DNA of 38,683 nt, taken from assembly GCA_001600695.1 (NCBI GenBank), contig BCKQ01000015.1, positions 347,485 to 386,167 of the forward strand, in the 5' to 3' direction. This DNA comes from Ascoidea asiatica JCM 7603 (Eukaryota; Fungi; Ascomycota). Each line of letters begins with the position of its first letter. Positions within the stretch are counted from its first letter, which is position 1. The translations under genes were made by a program, and so were the position numbers. Under the pieces are notes generated by a model that was not told where the DNA came from, did not search any database, and was given only the letters and a program-made list of their open reading frames with translations. This document shows, piece after piece, positions 38,314-38,683 of this stretch.

Positions 38314-38683
38314 TATTTATACCATTTGAAAATGTATGAGAAGTGAAAATCTGAAAGTTCAGAATTTCAATTTCACATACTAAACTTCAAACACAGTAGT
38401 TAAGCAATGGAATCTTCTAGAATCTTTTTCATAGAAGGTTCTAGAAAATTCGAGAAACTTCTAGTAACAAATAGAAAGCAGCATATAAGAGCAAATAAGA
38501 AAGCATAACGACAAAGAAGCAAATAGAATGTTCTAGAAAGTTCTGTTTGAAGAATGTTCCAAAAAGTTCTAGAATGTTCTAGAAAGTTCTAGAAAAACCT
38601 AAACAGCAACTTTTGATAAAATGAGCAGAAAAAGCTTTTAAAGCATAAAGATGATGGATAAGTAAGATTAAGCAACTTAATGT
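38314..38683 (+). repeat. Right copy of terminal direct repeat
   Basis: Matches 1-474 but has only one full 26-bp unit. It runs to the window edge. Confidence 0.97.

Noticed and set aside
38312-38325. TCTATTTATA as a Helitron 5' end
   Set aside because: It is preceded by C rather than A, and I found no convincing 3' hairpin+CTRR or RepHel relic. It remains unproven.
1-38683. Whole window as one LTR retrotransposon or a DTR virus/plasmid
   Set aside because: The repeats lack TG..CA, PBS and PPT, and no capsid, polymerase or intact replication gene was seen.

Overview
AT-rich eukaryotic DNA. The intronless, Asn-rich host-gene relics suggest a budding-yeast-like fungus (inference). I found no intact protein-coding gene. 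The window is bracketed by a young (~98% identical) direct repeat (1-474 / 38314-38683). That repeat contains a 26-bp minisatellite of perfect heat-shock-element-like motifs, and the left copy is followed by a 10-bp GATAAG array. The left part (0.6-22.3 kb) is a stack of decayed transposons: Tc1-like, CryptonF (Ndc10-II + GCR1_C), MULE, Ty1/copia, L1/Zorro-like LINE, PIF/Harbinger and solo LTRs. The right part (22.3-38.2 kb) is a mosaic of pseudogenised host-gene fragments, mostly 5' portions: two inverted UBP15/USP7 copies, a PDR5/CDR1-type ABC transporter, CDC1, an AP mu adaptin, CIN1/TBCD, and NTE1 inserted into the UBP15 catalytic Cys box. These surround an inverted pair of Harbinger Myb/SANT elements. 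All family calls come from my manual translation and motif recognition across stops and frameshifts, not from database searches. Most internal boundaries are approximate.
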